64,000 nucleotides of DNA, from assembly GCF_018977255.1 (NCBI RefSeq), contig NW_024704742.1, positions 118,484,001 to 118,548,000 on the forward strand, in the 5' to 3' direction. A program made the position numbers and the translations under genes. This stretch comes from Callorhinchus milii (lineage: Eukaryota). The notes beneath the pieces are model-generated. The model saw nothing but the letters and a program-made list of their open reading frames with translations. It did not search any database and was not told the origin of the DNA. Positions within the stretch are counted from its first letter, which is position 1. Each line of letters starts with the position of its first letter. Below are positions 38,546-51,605 of the stretch, piece after piece.

Positions 38546-39307
38546 TGTAGTGAGAGGAAGGGGGAGAGGGGAGGTGGCGTATGTGACCTTGGAGCATTGG
38601 TTATTGATGGATAGAGGGTACTTTACTCAGCAGCAGGCATTATTGGTTAGGCATTGCTCACTCAGTGCTTCACAACCTCATCTCTCAAACATTTATCAGA
38701 GGTTAATTCCAGATTTGCTTTTGTAACCATCGTTGCCTTTCCAAATTTTTAAGTTTATTTTCCCAACAGGAACTGAATATTTAATTTGTTACCCAAGGGA
38801 GTAATAATTTGAGAGGAAAAAATTAAAAGGGATTATAGTAGTGGTCTCCAGTGGAGGAGTTTGGGCAACTTTGCCCTCGATCGGCCAAATAATGATCTCC
38901 TGGAGCTGTAATTTCCATGATGTACATGCATTTTATGAACTTTTAATTTGTTAGCATGGCTAGAACTGTATTACCTTCATCTCAAAAACATGTAAAAGTT
39001 CTTGAGTGCACTGATGTGCAATTAAAAACAAATCGTATATCCCATTTTTTGGGGACGTAATTATTGGATTAACATCAGATTTTGCAGTAGTAAAACTCTC
39101 AAAAGTCTTATCTTTATAAATCGTATAATCGTCTAAGTTGTACATGCAACTGAGTTCCATTCAGTTTCCTATCAAAACAATTAGATTTCTTTACTCTAGT
39201 TGTATTTATCATCTCTTGACCATTAACAACGCTCTCCTGATTCTACATTAGAGGCTGCATTGAATTGTGAGAATGTAATCTTGATCTGTCAACACATGGG
39301 CAGAATT

Positions 39308-40110
39308 TTTTTCATGGAGAGCCCAGATGTTAGAGTATTTGACCAAGCGGAATGTCACAGCTGAGTCCAATCATGTCCACAAAGCGCGTTTCAGCAGAGG
39401 TTACTGGATAACTATTGGGAGCAGGGATTCTGTCTTTCATCATATTCTCACTCCAAGGAGATTGCAGTGCCCCTTTCAGAGACCTTGCTTAGATCTGCTA
39501 AAACTGTGATTTTTAACCTGTGGGTATATAGGTCTTTACCTACAAAGTCAGTGAGAAGCCTTGCAAAGTACTGAAGGAACGATTTAACCAAAATAGGATA
39601 ATATTACCGAAGATCGTACCTCTGTAATCTCTCCGCAATTTGCGCGCTGCAGTTGTGGAGTTGCAGTATGCTTGCATTGAAAGATGATTAATCTAGGGAA
39701 TAATGTTAAAATGTTGTCCACAGGTATTGCACTGTACCATATTTTGATGTGTGCAGAGCTCCAAGGTTCTGTGACAAGTAGGATTTGGATTCACACAGAC
39801 ATGACAGATTCCCAATCTGTTATGTTATGCAGGACCTAACGGAGTGCAAGAAATCAGGGACGTTTTCCCAGGCTGTTCCCAGGCATCTCTCAGAGACTGG
39901 TTGAAGACCAATGGAGTGTTAAGTGTAGGCAGGGGAGGGAATGAAAGTTGCTATAAATGACAAAATTGAAAACGTGTCATACGAATGCAGTCATTACACT
40001 TGGCAGCAATTGCCTGTGAAGCACTTTGAGTTATTTTGATACAAGGCACGATAAAAATCATTGTTCTTTCTTCATTTACTGGAACAGAATAGAGGGAGCT
40101 ACTTTCCTGT
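39308..40110 (+). repeat. Diverged local duplication, copy 2 (empty SINE site)
   Basis: Shares GAATGTCACAGCTGAGTCCAATCATGTCCACAAAGCG and downstream colinear sequence with copy 1. Confidence 0.9.
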
Positions 40111-40799
40111 GGTTAGAGAATGGGGGGGAAAGGAGCTGCATTGAATCGCGTGAAATGTAGTATTGATCTGCTGATGCATGTGCAGAAGAATTTCATTTTC
40201 CACGGTTGAATGTGCTTCCAATGTTTTCTGGTAAGTGCGCTTACGGCGACAGTGTGAAGACGCATTGAGTCACGGTACATGTAGTCTTGACACGACACCA
40301 CATGACAAACTACCACATGCACACTAACACCGGCTGCATTGAATTACACGTGCACAGTGTAGATTATTGTCTAAATCGGATATCATACGACTTGCGCAAG
40401 TTTGCCTGCAACCCGGATTTATGACTTATGTGAGTTTACTGTACTTGCTTCCTCAAAGCTTCACGTTTTTAATTGATAACATACATTTCAATACATTTTG
40501 TTTGGCTTATTTTGTCATATGTATTTAGTGTTTTCATTTGGCCACACCCAAAGACTGTATTGATTCATATTATGGTTGAATGAAATTTCACGTAAGAAAA
40601 AATCTCAGTTTCTAACGAAACATTGATTCCTGACAATTATACCTTTCAATGAATAAGCATCTTAGACTGATGTGTGTGTGCCCACATCCCAATATTGGGA
40701 GAATTTATAGGCATCAACACATGACCAACAATACATGGTCAAGAAAATAAAGTTGACTGGAAAGATCAAGCAGTAAAATACATTCTGATTCATTCGTAG

Positions 40800-40973
40800 C
40801 TTTTAGAGAAACACAAGACCACGGAGAGGATGGTGGAGCTGCTAGACCTCTATCTGGAAGAAGATGAAGCTTTTGCTGCTCTGGTTGAAGCAACCACAGA
40901 GCTCTACCAGTACCTGCTGCAGCCATTCAGAGACATGAGGGAGCTCGCCATGTTACGACGCCAGCAGATCAAG
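40800..40973 (+). CDS. JMY: JMY coding exon 2 (174 nt, phase 0-0)
   Basis: Acceptor ttcgtAG|C at 40799/40800. Reads LLEKHKTTERMVELLDLYLEEDEAFAALVEATTELYQYLLQPFRDMRELAMLRRQQIK, continuing exon 1 in frame and matching vertebrate JMY. Donor AAG|GTAAGA at 40973/40974. Absent from the supplied ORF track. Confidence 0.95.
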
Positions 40974-41019
40974 GTAAGAGACTCCCCTAATCTGTAAATG
41001 TTTGTTTTACTAGTTTTAC

Positions 41020-42112
41020 TACTACTTTACGGCCTTCTACTCCAACATCGTCTTGGAGTCTAAAAACAATCCTAAAATCCTTTTTTTCCACCACCCACTA
41101 CCTCCTCCGTGGCTCCTCCTCAATCTTCATATCCAATGCCAAGTGCGAGGAGGTCATGGACTTCTTTTCATCTAAAATACACAATATCCGCCAAGCAGCC
41201 TCATCCACCTGCCTGTTGTCACCCACCACCACGCCCTCTATTTTTCTACCTCTCTTTGCAACTCCCAGTCGCCTGATGTTCTGTCAGCCCTCATGTCAGA
41301 ACTCAGGGGCTGGATGAGCGCAAAGTTCCTTCAGCTGAACATTGACAAGACGGAAGCCATACTCTTTGGTTTTCATCAACGTCTAAAATCTCACAGTTCT
41401 CACCTCCTCCACCTACCCGACCTCTCCCTAAAACTCTCCAAACCTGTCTGCAACCTAGGCATCAGGTTCGACCCCAATTTATCCTTCCTCCCCCATATCC
41501 GGTCCCTCACCAGCACCGCTTTCTTCCACCTCCAATGCATCGCCTGTCTCCGCCAATACCTCTCTCCGACAGCCGCTGAAACCCTAGTCCATGCCTTTGA
41601 CACCTCTTGGCTGGACTATTCAAACGCCCTCCTCGTCGGTCTCCCCTCCACTACCATCCACAAAATCCAGATTATACAAAACTCTGCTGCCCACATTCTC
41701 ACCCTCACCAAACTCCGCTCCCCGATCACCCCAGTCCTTGCCAGACTGCACTGGCTGTCTGTCCCAGAGAGGTTCGACTTCAAGATCCTAACCCTTGCCT
41801 TCAAATCCCTCCAATTCTTTGCACCACCCTATATTCTCTGACCTCTCTCCTCACAACAGTGCCCGTTGCCTTTGTTCCTCCGGGTCTGGCCTCCTCCTCA
41901 TCCCCCGAGTCTTCCACTCCACCCTCGGCAGCCATGCCTTCAGCCACTCTCTTCCTATTTTCAGGTCTTGGCTGAAGACCTTTCTTTTTGACCGCGCCTT
42001 TGGTCACCTTCCTCCCACTCCCCCTGGCTCGGCCCCGGGATCCGTTACTGTGAAGCGCTCTGAGTCGCCATCCGGCGTGGAGGGCGCTATATAAATCCAA
42101 GTTGTTATTGTT
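41020..42112 (+). mobile_element. L2 LINE fragment, different subfamily, immediately downstream of exon 2
   Basis: WMSAKFLQLNIDKTE...LDYSNALLVGLP...LARLHWLSV; variant tail stem-loop. Confidence 0.9.
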
Positions 42113-42138
42113 GGAATAAATGGACGGGCTTCAAATTA

Positions 42139-42312
42139 CAGTAAATCTCACATAAATTGTATGAATTGGGACCATACATTTAATCTGACTTATGCCAAGT
42201 ATGAGTTATGTCAAATTTGCATAGAATATAAACTCTTGCATGGGACTTGGGCAGATGTAACACTTGGGCGATTTTACGATTTACACATTTCAGACTTATG
42301 TGGATTTTACTG
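42139..42312. mobile_element. Tc1/mariner-pogo (Tigger-like) MITE
   Basis: Imperfect TIRs CAGTAAATCTCACATAA / TTATGTGGATTTTACTG flanked by TA on both sides; a related terminus ends at 40441. Confidence 0.65.
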
Positions 42313-43829
42313 TAACTGCCTTGTATTGCAAAGACTTCCACAAAGAGGAATACAGTGCACATTTCAACCCCCACCCCCTCCCTTTCCCATTGTGCAGTTT
42401 GTTCATTTAACTCATGTGGGGATAGTGTTGTTTAAAACATCATTGGAATCCTGCCACATCTCAAGGGCGTGGAAGATTTGGAGATCGCTTCCAACTTTTC
42501 TGGTTTTACTCAGTGTTGAGCTGTAATCAGTAAAGGAATTATATGCAGAACTTTGAGTGCACTTGCCTCAGCGCCTCATCGCGCAATTTCAGGGCTGCTA
42601 ATCATCGGTTCTCGGGGTCCGTACACAGTTTATCAGTCTTCTGAACCCTGTCAGTTGCTGCCTCTCATGCCAAGCTGCCCAACGGATATGGGGCAATTGG
42701 AAAGCGCTTTCAGTTTACCCACTGAGCGGATCATGTATTTCTTCTCTGCCTTAATACAAGAAGTATTCTTGAAAATAGTAAAATTCTGAGCTAATATATC
42801 CAAATTGACCAAATTAATTGGTTGCTCTTCTCATTGCTGTTTATGGTATAGATTGCCCAGTGAGTTGGCCTATGTAATCACTTTTTAAATCATTTAAATT
42901 TTGTAAACAGCTTCATGTGTTCATGTGTTCATGTTCAGCTTCATGTGAAAGATACTATATAAATGCAAGTTATTGTTATCTGAGCAGATTTGATGGGCTG
43001 AATGGCTTACTTCTGTTTGATACGTCTCTAAGTTACAGCGTGTTTTTTGAATACTATTCCAGACAGTCTGGAAACTAACCACCTTGGGTCATTCTTTGAT
43101 GATGTATTTCTTTGTTCAGTAGATTTCTAATGTCCCAAATTCCACTTAACTTTAGTCTATATGGCCACTTGTGTCTTAATTGATGATCGAGCAGAATTGT
43201 GGAAAATTCTTAACTCCCAATTTGGAAGCTATTTCTTTCTAAGACCTGTAGAAAACCGGTTTCCAAATTAAGATTGAATTCAAGGTTTATCCACAGTTCT
43301 GTGAAATCTTAAATTATAAAAGAAAATTGACTTACAGTCTGACTAGATGTAATTATGGTCATCTTTGTTTATGCCTCTTGTGTTTTTTTTCTGATGAGTT
43401 TATGACTTATTTCATAAAACTTATGCACTAAAGAAAGATAGTTTTAACATTCCCAGCACAAACTAGCCATGCGAATTGAGCTCGAAGATGTGATAAAGAG
43501 CTATATCAAACGCAAGGATATTATTATATTTTTGAAAATGTCTTGAACCAAGTTCCCAGAATTGAAGTATCAAATTCACAGCATTGTTTGGTCTCAGTGC
43601 CATTTCACAAGATCAAGTTAGTTGTGGAGCTAGTTTAAATATTTGGCTTGAGGACACAATACAGAAGCAAAACAAAACACTTGTTTTAAGATAGTTCTTG
43701 AAGCTGCAGCAAGTGTGGCTCCACTGCCATCAAGCAGCTAATACTTTTGCGAGTGGTCAGAGTGGGAATCAACAGTCCCTCCATGTGTGATTACATTCTA
43801 TGTCTTATTAAAATACAAGAATATCTAGA

Positions 43830-44052
43830 AGTAAATAGGATCGCTTTTCTGAGGATAATAATCCCTCAAAAAAAACAATAATAATTTGGTCACTCAATCC
43901 ACGACTGTTTGTGGGACACTGCTGCGTGCAATTGGCTGCCGTGTTTCGCCCACAAATGCACAGTCAATTCATTTTGCAGTATATTCTGTAAAGCGCTTTG
44001 AGACGTCTTGAAGGCGTGAAAAGCGTTTAATCAAATGCAGGATTATTATTAT
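43830..44052 (+). mobile_element. tRNA-SINE, 5'-truncated
   Basis: GGATCGCTTTTC segment, body and tail. Confidence 0.85.
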
Positions 44053-45003
44053 CTGAATTGTGTCTTTCAACGCAATTTAACAAAATGCTGGTTATGGAAA
44101 TTTGTTTACTTTTAACAGAAAATCTTTGTAATATTCAGACTAGTTTGTTTTCAGTCTGCACTTCCTACATTCTCTATTTGGCCTGTGACCAAGAAATGGC
44201 CTAACCCTGCCTGTGCCTTGTTACCTAACTGCCGACAGCTGTCTACGTACCTGTGACTGTGAATTTACGAATGTTGTGCAACCCGATATGCGACTAACCC
44301 AGGTATTTAAACTTTGCAGTTGGCAACGCATTTTTTAAAAAGTGCTCCCAGTGTTTTTTGTTATGAAGTGCTCAATCAGTCTAAAGTCATACAGGTCTAA
44401 AGTGAGGATTGTGGGAACAATGCAAGAACGTAGTCAGTGATTTAACTGCTTTTAACACTGACGTACAGAAGTGAAATCTTTCATTAGCAAAATATTTCCT
44501 TGTGATCAGTAACAGGGCAGGTGTTGTATCTTAAGTAGATCAAGAGCAAATTTCTGGGCAGCATCTTTGAATAATATTGTCTTTGATATTCATTTGTGCC
44601 AATTAAGTTTAGTCTGCTACCTTGCCAAGCTCACATTCAAGGTGTGCAGTGTGCAGACATCCCAAGGTTAGCAATACTTAAGGGGTGGCTAAAGCCAATT
44701 TGTTTGAACCTGCTTGTCTCCTGAAGATGGGAGTAAGGTTTGGAAGTAATATTGATATTAATAATCGCTCAAGAGTTTTACTAGGGAACTTTTTTTAAGC
44801 AAGACATGAATTCTGAGCTGCAGGGTTAAATAGCTATGGCAAATCAAACTAACAAAAAATTATTGGTGAAGGTTGTCTGGGATGTTATTGAAATAACAGT
44901 TCAATTCTGCTGAGAATTCTTCTCACAGCACTTAATAAATGGGTCTTAGTCATTTGAGGTTGCTTGCCATGGGAAATTCTCTGCAACAAAATGTTGCTGG
45001 AGT

Positions 45004-45330
45004 GGAGTCCTGTAGCTCAGTGGTTAGAGCACTCGCTTTGCAAGCGAGAGACCTGAGTTCAATCCCCGGCAGGTCAGGGCGAAACCTTGGGCAAGTTTCC
45101 TTACTCCACACAGAGCCTAATAATAATCCCTCCAAAACCAAAAACAATAATAAATTGGTCATTTTCAATCTACGACTGTTTGTGGGACATTGCTGTGCGC
45201 AATTGGCTGCTGCGTTCGCCCACAAATATACAGTCAATTCACTTTACAGTGTGTTCTGTGAAGCGCTTTGGGACGTCCTCCCGACGTGAAAAGCGCTATA
45301 TCAAATGCAAGGATTATTATTATTATTATT
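45004..45330 (+). mobile_element. tRNA-Ala-derived SINE, young subfamily with L2-identical tail loop
   Basis: Intact A box TAGCTCAGTGG and B box GTTCAATCC; near-identical to 56875-57192. Confidence 0.93.
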
Positions 45331-45599
45331 GCTGAAGCAGAGTCCCATGAACTGTTGTAAAGGGAATTTGATGCTTGAAAACGAGAGGGGGAGTAAGCAG
45401 GAGAATATGGAAGAAAAACAACCAGCAGAGACTTGATGGGCTGACTAACTTGCTTCTGTGCTGTAACCTTCTTTGATTCTAGATGCTCCTGAAGATGTTA
45501 CTGCTATATAAGTGTTATTACTGCTTAGATATAAGCACTTGCATGAAAACATGGGAATTGTGGTACTAGATAAGACAACAGAGCCTGCTACACACAAGA

Positions 45600-45775
45600 G
45601 ACCCTATGCACTGACAGTTGTGGAGAGCTAAAGCTGTATAGATTCCATTGAGAGTACTGTCTGGCAAGTTCCCTGCTGACCACTAGACCACCCTATCTGT
45701 TAGGGCTTTGGCTTGCAGGGTTAGCAGTAGAGCGGAAAGAATCCATAGCCCCAGTAACTGGTCTGCCCTCTAAAT
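45600..45775 (+). repeat. Unclassified dispersed repeat, partial copy
   Basis: Shares CTGGCAAGTT, GCTTTGGCTTGCAGG and CCCCAGTAACTG with 52900-53045. Confidence 0.65.
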
Positions 45776-46430
45776 GCAAACCCTTAACTGGGAGTTCCTT
45801 TTGACCTGAAAGGCGCTATATAAATGTAATTTCTTGTTGTTGTTGCTGATGATCCAGACTGGTTGGTCTGTCATTAGCAGTGCCTTGCAGTACAGCAAAT
45901 CTGTCTAACTCAGAAGATTACTGAGACCGCCACAGAAGGTCGATTCAATTCCAATACTCCGTTGCCAAGCATTTCACCTCAGAGTCAGCTTAGTCCCTCT
46001 TACCTCCCCAACTCTCTGAGGAAATATAGGGAACAATATCAAAAACTGAATGGAATGGGCAGGACTATGGAGAATGATTCATATTCTGGTTCTACATTAA
46101 CAAATAGTACTTCGTTATTGTTCAGTGTTGAACTCAGTGCCTCCTTCAAGCTAGTTGCCCTGGTTTTATGATTAAAGATCATCAGGTATGTCAAAACCCA
46201 GAAATTTCAAAAGGTTAGGTACTTTTTGTTGTCTCATGACCTATGTCTCTCTGGTATTTTCCTTTGGTAAGAAAGATTTCTTTCTCTTGCTGTCGTTACA
46301 AATTGCAGCTTTACATTTTGTTTTTAAATTCCTGCTAGCATCAGTTTATATATTGACCACAGAGAGCCCTGCTCTATTGCTGACAGCCACATATTAGCAA
46401 TAACATCAGTATGTTGCTTCAGGTATTTTT

Positions 46431-46668
46431 CCTCTGTTTACCTAACAGTAAGTAAGAACGTAGTTGTTAATCAGTTGGTGGATCGCTTTCTGAGGATAAT
46501 AATCCCTTTTTAAAAAAATTTGGCCAATCACTCCACAATTGTTTGTGGGACACTGCTGTGCACAATTGGCTGCCACCTTTCCCTCATAAAATACAGTCAC
46601 TGCACTTTGCTGTGAAGCTCTTTGAGACGTCTTGAAGACACTATATCAAATGCAAGGATTATTATTAT
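46431..46668 (+). mobile_element. tRNA-SINE long variant, 5'-truncated
   Basis: CCTCTGTTTACCTAACAGTAAGTA central segment, body and tail. Confidence 0.8.
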
Positions 46669-49482
46669 TAACCTGTTACATCCTGCACGCCTTGATTGTT
46701 AACCCATTCGGTGTACAATGAATGTAAGAATTATTAGGGCAGGAAACATTGAGCCCTTCCCTCCTTGATAGCTCTCAACCCAAGTTATTATTCCTGGACT
46801 CTTTCTTTCTGGAAACACTTAAGCTCCCCTTAACCTTGATTGTACTGCCTGCTTCAGTTGCCTCTGCTGATAACTAATTCCACAAGTCGAATGCAGTTTT
46901 TCTTCTTCAAAAACAAATGTCCTTGGCTTCCCTTCTTACTTTTAACTTAATGGCTGTTGTAACACTATAACTTACTGTATAAATATTTAGTACCTTTCAA
47001 TTAAAATAAATGTCCCATAATGTTTGTAGAATGAGATTAATTAGAAGTGAATGTTGTCATAGAGTTAAAGTATCAGGGAATTTGCGCTCTGCCAATTATC
47101 TGCATGTCCATTTATTCGTATAGAGCTTCAGCGTGGGAGTTGAATGCAGGGCCTGCAAGAGACCAGCAAACATACTGTTATGTACAAGGTTTCTAGGGTC
47201 AAAGTGACCTCACCTACACTTTGATCCTAACTTCACCTGCATGTGTACAATTGTGAAATATAACATAGAACAAAGCCATTTTGTGTGCTGCTCTTTGACT
47301 CCATTCAGACTCATTTACTATCTTTTCCTTATACCAAGGTAATTTCATATTTTTAGATATCTGTCCAATTTTCTCTTGAAATGTAATATGGATTATGCCT
47401 TTTTTCAAATTATAGAGAGAGATAGAAAATCAGTGAGTGAGAGAGAATTGGAGGGAGAAAAAGAATGAGTAAGAGTCAGTGAGTTTCCACGCCAGAGTTC
47501 ACTGGCTCCCTATCACAGAATGCATCGACTTCAGGATCCTCACACTCATCTACAAATGCTTTCACGCCCTGGTGTCCCCTACCACTCTGACCTGCTTACT
47601 TGCCACTCCACTACCTACGCTTGCCTGGCTCCGGCTTCCTGCTTGTCCCTCGTTCCCTCCGGTCCACCATTGGCAACTGCTTTCAGCTATTATGAGTTGG
47701 CCATAGGTACATTCAAATTGTCTTTATCTCTTGAATTCATGAACAGGAGTGGTGGATTATTTTAGTCCAGTTTAAGTAGGTTGGTGAAGGTTGTGCTAGT
47801 TGTCCAAAACTATGTGTGGATGCCAGAACACTTGCATTTCTTTTTATGTTTTATTCACTGTTTGACTGCCGGTAGCTTTGGAGAATTTCAGCTCACACCC
47901 AGTTACACTGACAGGAGCCCGGTCATACAGGTACCCAGATAGTGTGTCTGTACCACTGTAATATTAACTCTACACTGTCCTAAGCCTTTGCTTCTGCTGG
48001 CTTTCTTTTCCCTCTTTCCTCTTCCATAAATCACTAACTTAAATAACTTTATTTCCACCTCATATACAATTTATGTACTTCTTTCCCAGCCTCAACTTGT
48101 TAAAATTTTACTTGATTAGCTTGGTACCAATGCCTAATTTAGAGTTTGATTCCATTGAAACCCTTCGGCCTCTGTTTGGATTGAAGCTGTTTTCATTGAA
48201 TCAAGTGCAAATTGCCATTATTTTGATATAGACCTGATCAGACCTTTCGAAACCAATCAAAAAAAAATAAAAATTTTTTAGTTACCACCCTCTAACCTCT
48301 GGAGCTCCCTCCATCTTACTCTTTATCTACCCCCCACCCGTCTTTAAATCCCACTAAAAAAGCCCTCTCCCTTCTCTCCAGCTTGGCGTCCGAGCCTGTC
48401 ATTGTGCAGTCCTCCAAGATGCCATTGATATACGTGAAGGGTGCAATGTACATGCAAGATGTTATTTGGTCTGCAGCGCAAGCTGATTGTGCTCAAATAA
48501 GATACCCTGCATATAAGACATAAGGTGTTCAAGAACAAGCCTGGCTAAATTATGGTCAACAGAGTCTGAATGGATACCAGCTTTCTATCACTTTTGTGAA
48601 TGAATGTGAGACGTGCAGATGTTAACACTATTATCTTTTAGATCATGTTACTACTTACACAGATAGCGCTGTGACTTCAAGAAAGGCTCACCTGAGATCA
48701 ACTCTTTTCATAAGTGGAGAACGGCTGTCTCTCTATTGACTGCTATCAACACAACACTGAAGGCTTTTTTTTAAAAAAAGATATGCAAATTGCCTGAAAT
48801 CAACTTATAGATCAAGAATTTATATTTTGCCTTCAGGAACTCTTATCTGTGATTTGCAAAGAATAACATCAGCTTGCTTAGGGAGAAGGGAGGAGATAAA
48901 CTGAGGGTTTTCCATTGAGAAAGCACAGAGGGAACTAATGGAAATAATCCAAGGGGAGAATTGAGAATTGGGTTGAATTGTTACTGTTGTAGAGTTCAGC
49001 CAAGACTGAAGCTCGGGCTTTTAATTTTGTTTGCGGGGGTTACGCTGCGCATAATTCAACCAGGTTTGTTCTTGAGCACCTGGTTATCTTGTCTGCGGTA
49101 TAATCAGCTGCTTTGCTTCCTTTCAGAAAATACTATATGGTGTGTCTGGTCTATTAATAGTGATCTCTTCCTGCCCCACTTCTTGTTCATCTCATCTCTG
49201 TCTGTGTTCAATTCAGACCTATCTCTTCGACCATGCCTGAATCACCTCCTCCCCTCCCTTCCCCCCCCCCCCCCCCCGCCACACACACACACACACACGT
49301 CTCCCCTATCCGCCCCACCATCGTAAAGGTCTCTGACACATTATTCTGTGTGAAGGACGCTGTATAATTGTTGTGTGTTGTTTGTTGTTGTGTCAGTACT
49401 GGAAAGTCAAGGCTCCTGGAAAGTTTGAACCTAGAATCTTGAACTATTGCACATTTCTGTTTTCCTAATAGATTTTGTAGAC

Positions 49483-49810
49483 CTCTCGACTCTCTACCCC
49501 CTCCTCGCTCTCTCCCTTCCCTCCCCTGACCATTTCCCCCCTGCTCGGGTCCCGACCCAACTGACCAGCGCTTTGGGACGTCCTCCCGACGTGAAATGTG
49601 CTCTATAAATGAAATCTTGTTGTTGTTGTTTGTAGATTATTCTCTTTGACCGTGCTTTCGATCTCCCTGCTCCTCCCCCCGCCCCCCCCACCCCCCCACC
49701 CACCCACCCTGACCCCCAGTTTGGGTCCGTAACTCTGTCTGCCCAGCGCCTTGGAACGTCCTCCCGACGTGAAAGGTGCTTTACAAATGTAATTTTATTG
49801 TTATTGTTGT
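49483..49810 (+). mobile_element. Two tandem L2 3' tails
   Basis: Two GACGTCCTCCCGACGTGAAA-type stem-loops, each followed by (TTG)n. Confidence 0.85.
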
Positions 49811-50324
49811 AGGTTTGACTGTCGCTGTGTATTCTGTAGCTATATGTGTAATTAATCTGCCAAGCCACTGTTTATGAAATGTTAAAGTATCTTCTAGTTA
49901 TCAGGTCTGTGTTAATACAGTAGAGCCGGGTATGATGCAGTTATTAGAATCGGAAAAACCCCCAACCCACATTATGAAGGGGCCATATAGTTGTTTTTAC
50001 TCTGTGTGCTGCCAGCTGGCTCCCTTCCTCTGCTTAAAAAAAATAACACATAGGGAACTAACGATATTAATCCCAGCAGGAGATGAGCAGAATTGTTATA
50101 AATTGTCTTTCTGACTGCCAAACTCAGGTATGAGGTTGCCATTCACCGATATCATTTCCTGTGCACTGAACACATACGATGGGCAGGAAGTGACTTTGGC
50201 CACAACCTCATCACCTGGAAGTCGGCCATTTCCAGTGCTTTGAAAGCCCAAATGGTCAACCTCCAGGTCATTATGTTGATGTTGGTGGCAATAACCTAAT
50301 GATCCTGAAGTCATCCATTTTATG

Positions 50325-50752
50325 TCAGCCTGGTGCAATTGTTAGCACTCTCGTCTCCGAGTCAGAAGTTTGTGGGTTCAAACCCCACGTCAGGAACTCA
50401 TTGTCTAAACTGACAGTGTAATAATGCAGTGATGGGTGTGCTGCATTGTTGGAGATGCCGTCCTTCAGACAAGATGTTAAACCAAGGCCCCATCTTCCTG
50501 TTCAGGTGGATATTAAAGATCCCATGCTACTATTCAAGGAGAGAGTTTCTCCCGGTGTTTTGGTCCACAATCACCCAAATAAAGTTGATTGTTCTCTTTG
50601 TGGCTGTGTTTGGGACATTACTGTGTACAAAATTGGTTGTCGCATTTGCCCTCAAAAACATTATCACTTTATAATAAATGCTGTGAAGTGCTTTGGGACA
50701 TCCTGGCATGTAAAGCAATACAGTATATGAAATGCAAGGATGATTTATATTA
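50325..50752 (+). mobile_element. Deu-domain SINE (SacSINE1/AmnSINE1-like), near full length
   Basis: tRNA head with GGTTCAAACCC B box; core GATGTTAAACCAAGGCCCC...CAGGTGGATATTAAAGATCCCATG...CCCGGTGTTTTGG resembling the Deu domain; L2-type tail. Confidence 0.7.
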
Positions 50753-51469
50753 TTTTTAGGGAGAGTCTGGCCATCGAACCAAAGTGAGCCAGCTTGCTGC
50801 GGGAATTAATATTGGATAGTGTCTGTACACCATTGCACTATAAGCAAATCCACATTCTATCTGGCTTCTACTGTAGTTACAAGAAAGTCTTATCGTAGTT
50901 AAGAGCTTACGACAAGTTCTAGAGTTTTGAGTATTTTTTAAAAAAATGCCAGCAAAGAGGGTAGTTTAACAAACTACTGTAATGTGTTTTGTGTGGTGGG
51001 AAAGAAAGGGAGCAAGAGAGAACCACTTAGTCTGAATCTCGTGGAAAGAATTACCAAGTGGCATATAATATTGTGTGATCAGCTGCCGAGTACTCTTTAG
51101 TGTCATAGTCTTGTGTTGGTACATGTGAAATGGTGTGTGACGAATTGTAGAGTGTAACTTGGAATTGCAGGCCTGTTTATGTTGGTGCATGTTATGTTGC
51201 TGATTGATAAACTGTAAGTGATTACTATTACGATGCTGTACTTGTAGACTGTAATGCAAAAGTTACATGTCAGTATTTGGTAGGTGCCATGTCATATATT
51301 TAGTGTTTTGCCTTGGGAGGAATCTCCTCTGCAAGTGTTGAACAAGTAGTTTTTATTTGTTGTTTCCTTGATGGAGGGAGGTAAATAATCTGTTACGAAA
51401 ATTAATTTGCTAACAAAGAGTATTGGTCAATTTGTGTCCGTGATGGGAAGCTAGAGAAAGAAGTACATG

Positions 51470-51605
51470 AGGGAGAAAGGAATAGAAGGTTATGCTGATA
51501 GGCTTAGTTGAGCAGGAGGTGGCTCATGTGGAGCATAAATGCCGGCATAGACCAGTTGGGCTGAATGGCCTGTTTCTGTGTTGTATGTTCTATGTAATTC
51601 TATGG
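51470..51605 (+). mobile_element. CR1 3' UTR/tail
   Basis: GGGCTGAATGGCCTGTTTCTGTG...TTCTATG terminal repeat. Confidence 0.65.

Larger units (their letters stand above)
21932..40799 (+). other. JMY: JMY intron 1 (18.9 kb, GT-AG)
   Basis: GT at 21932 and AG at 40798-40799 between in-frame exons. Confidence 0.85.

Noticed and set aside
43062..43130. SLETNHLG after an AG, another exon-3 look-alike
   Set aside because: Wrong phase relative to the AG, no further similarity, and an early stop.
45004..45078. tRNA-Ala(TGC)-like cloverleaf (also 56875, 25185, 37699, 61364)
   Set aside because: Each runs into a SINE body and L2-type tail with no oligo-T terminator after the acceptor stem. These are SINE heads, not tRNA genes.
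46061..46110. TMENDSYSG resembling the expected start of JMY exon 3
   Set aside because: Similarity limited to about four residues, with no polypyrimidine tract or in-phase acceptor.
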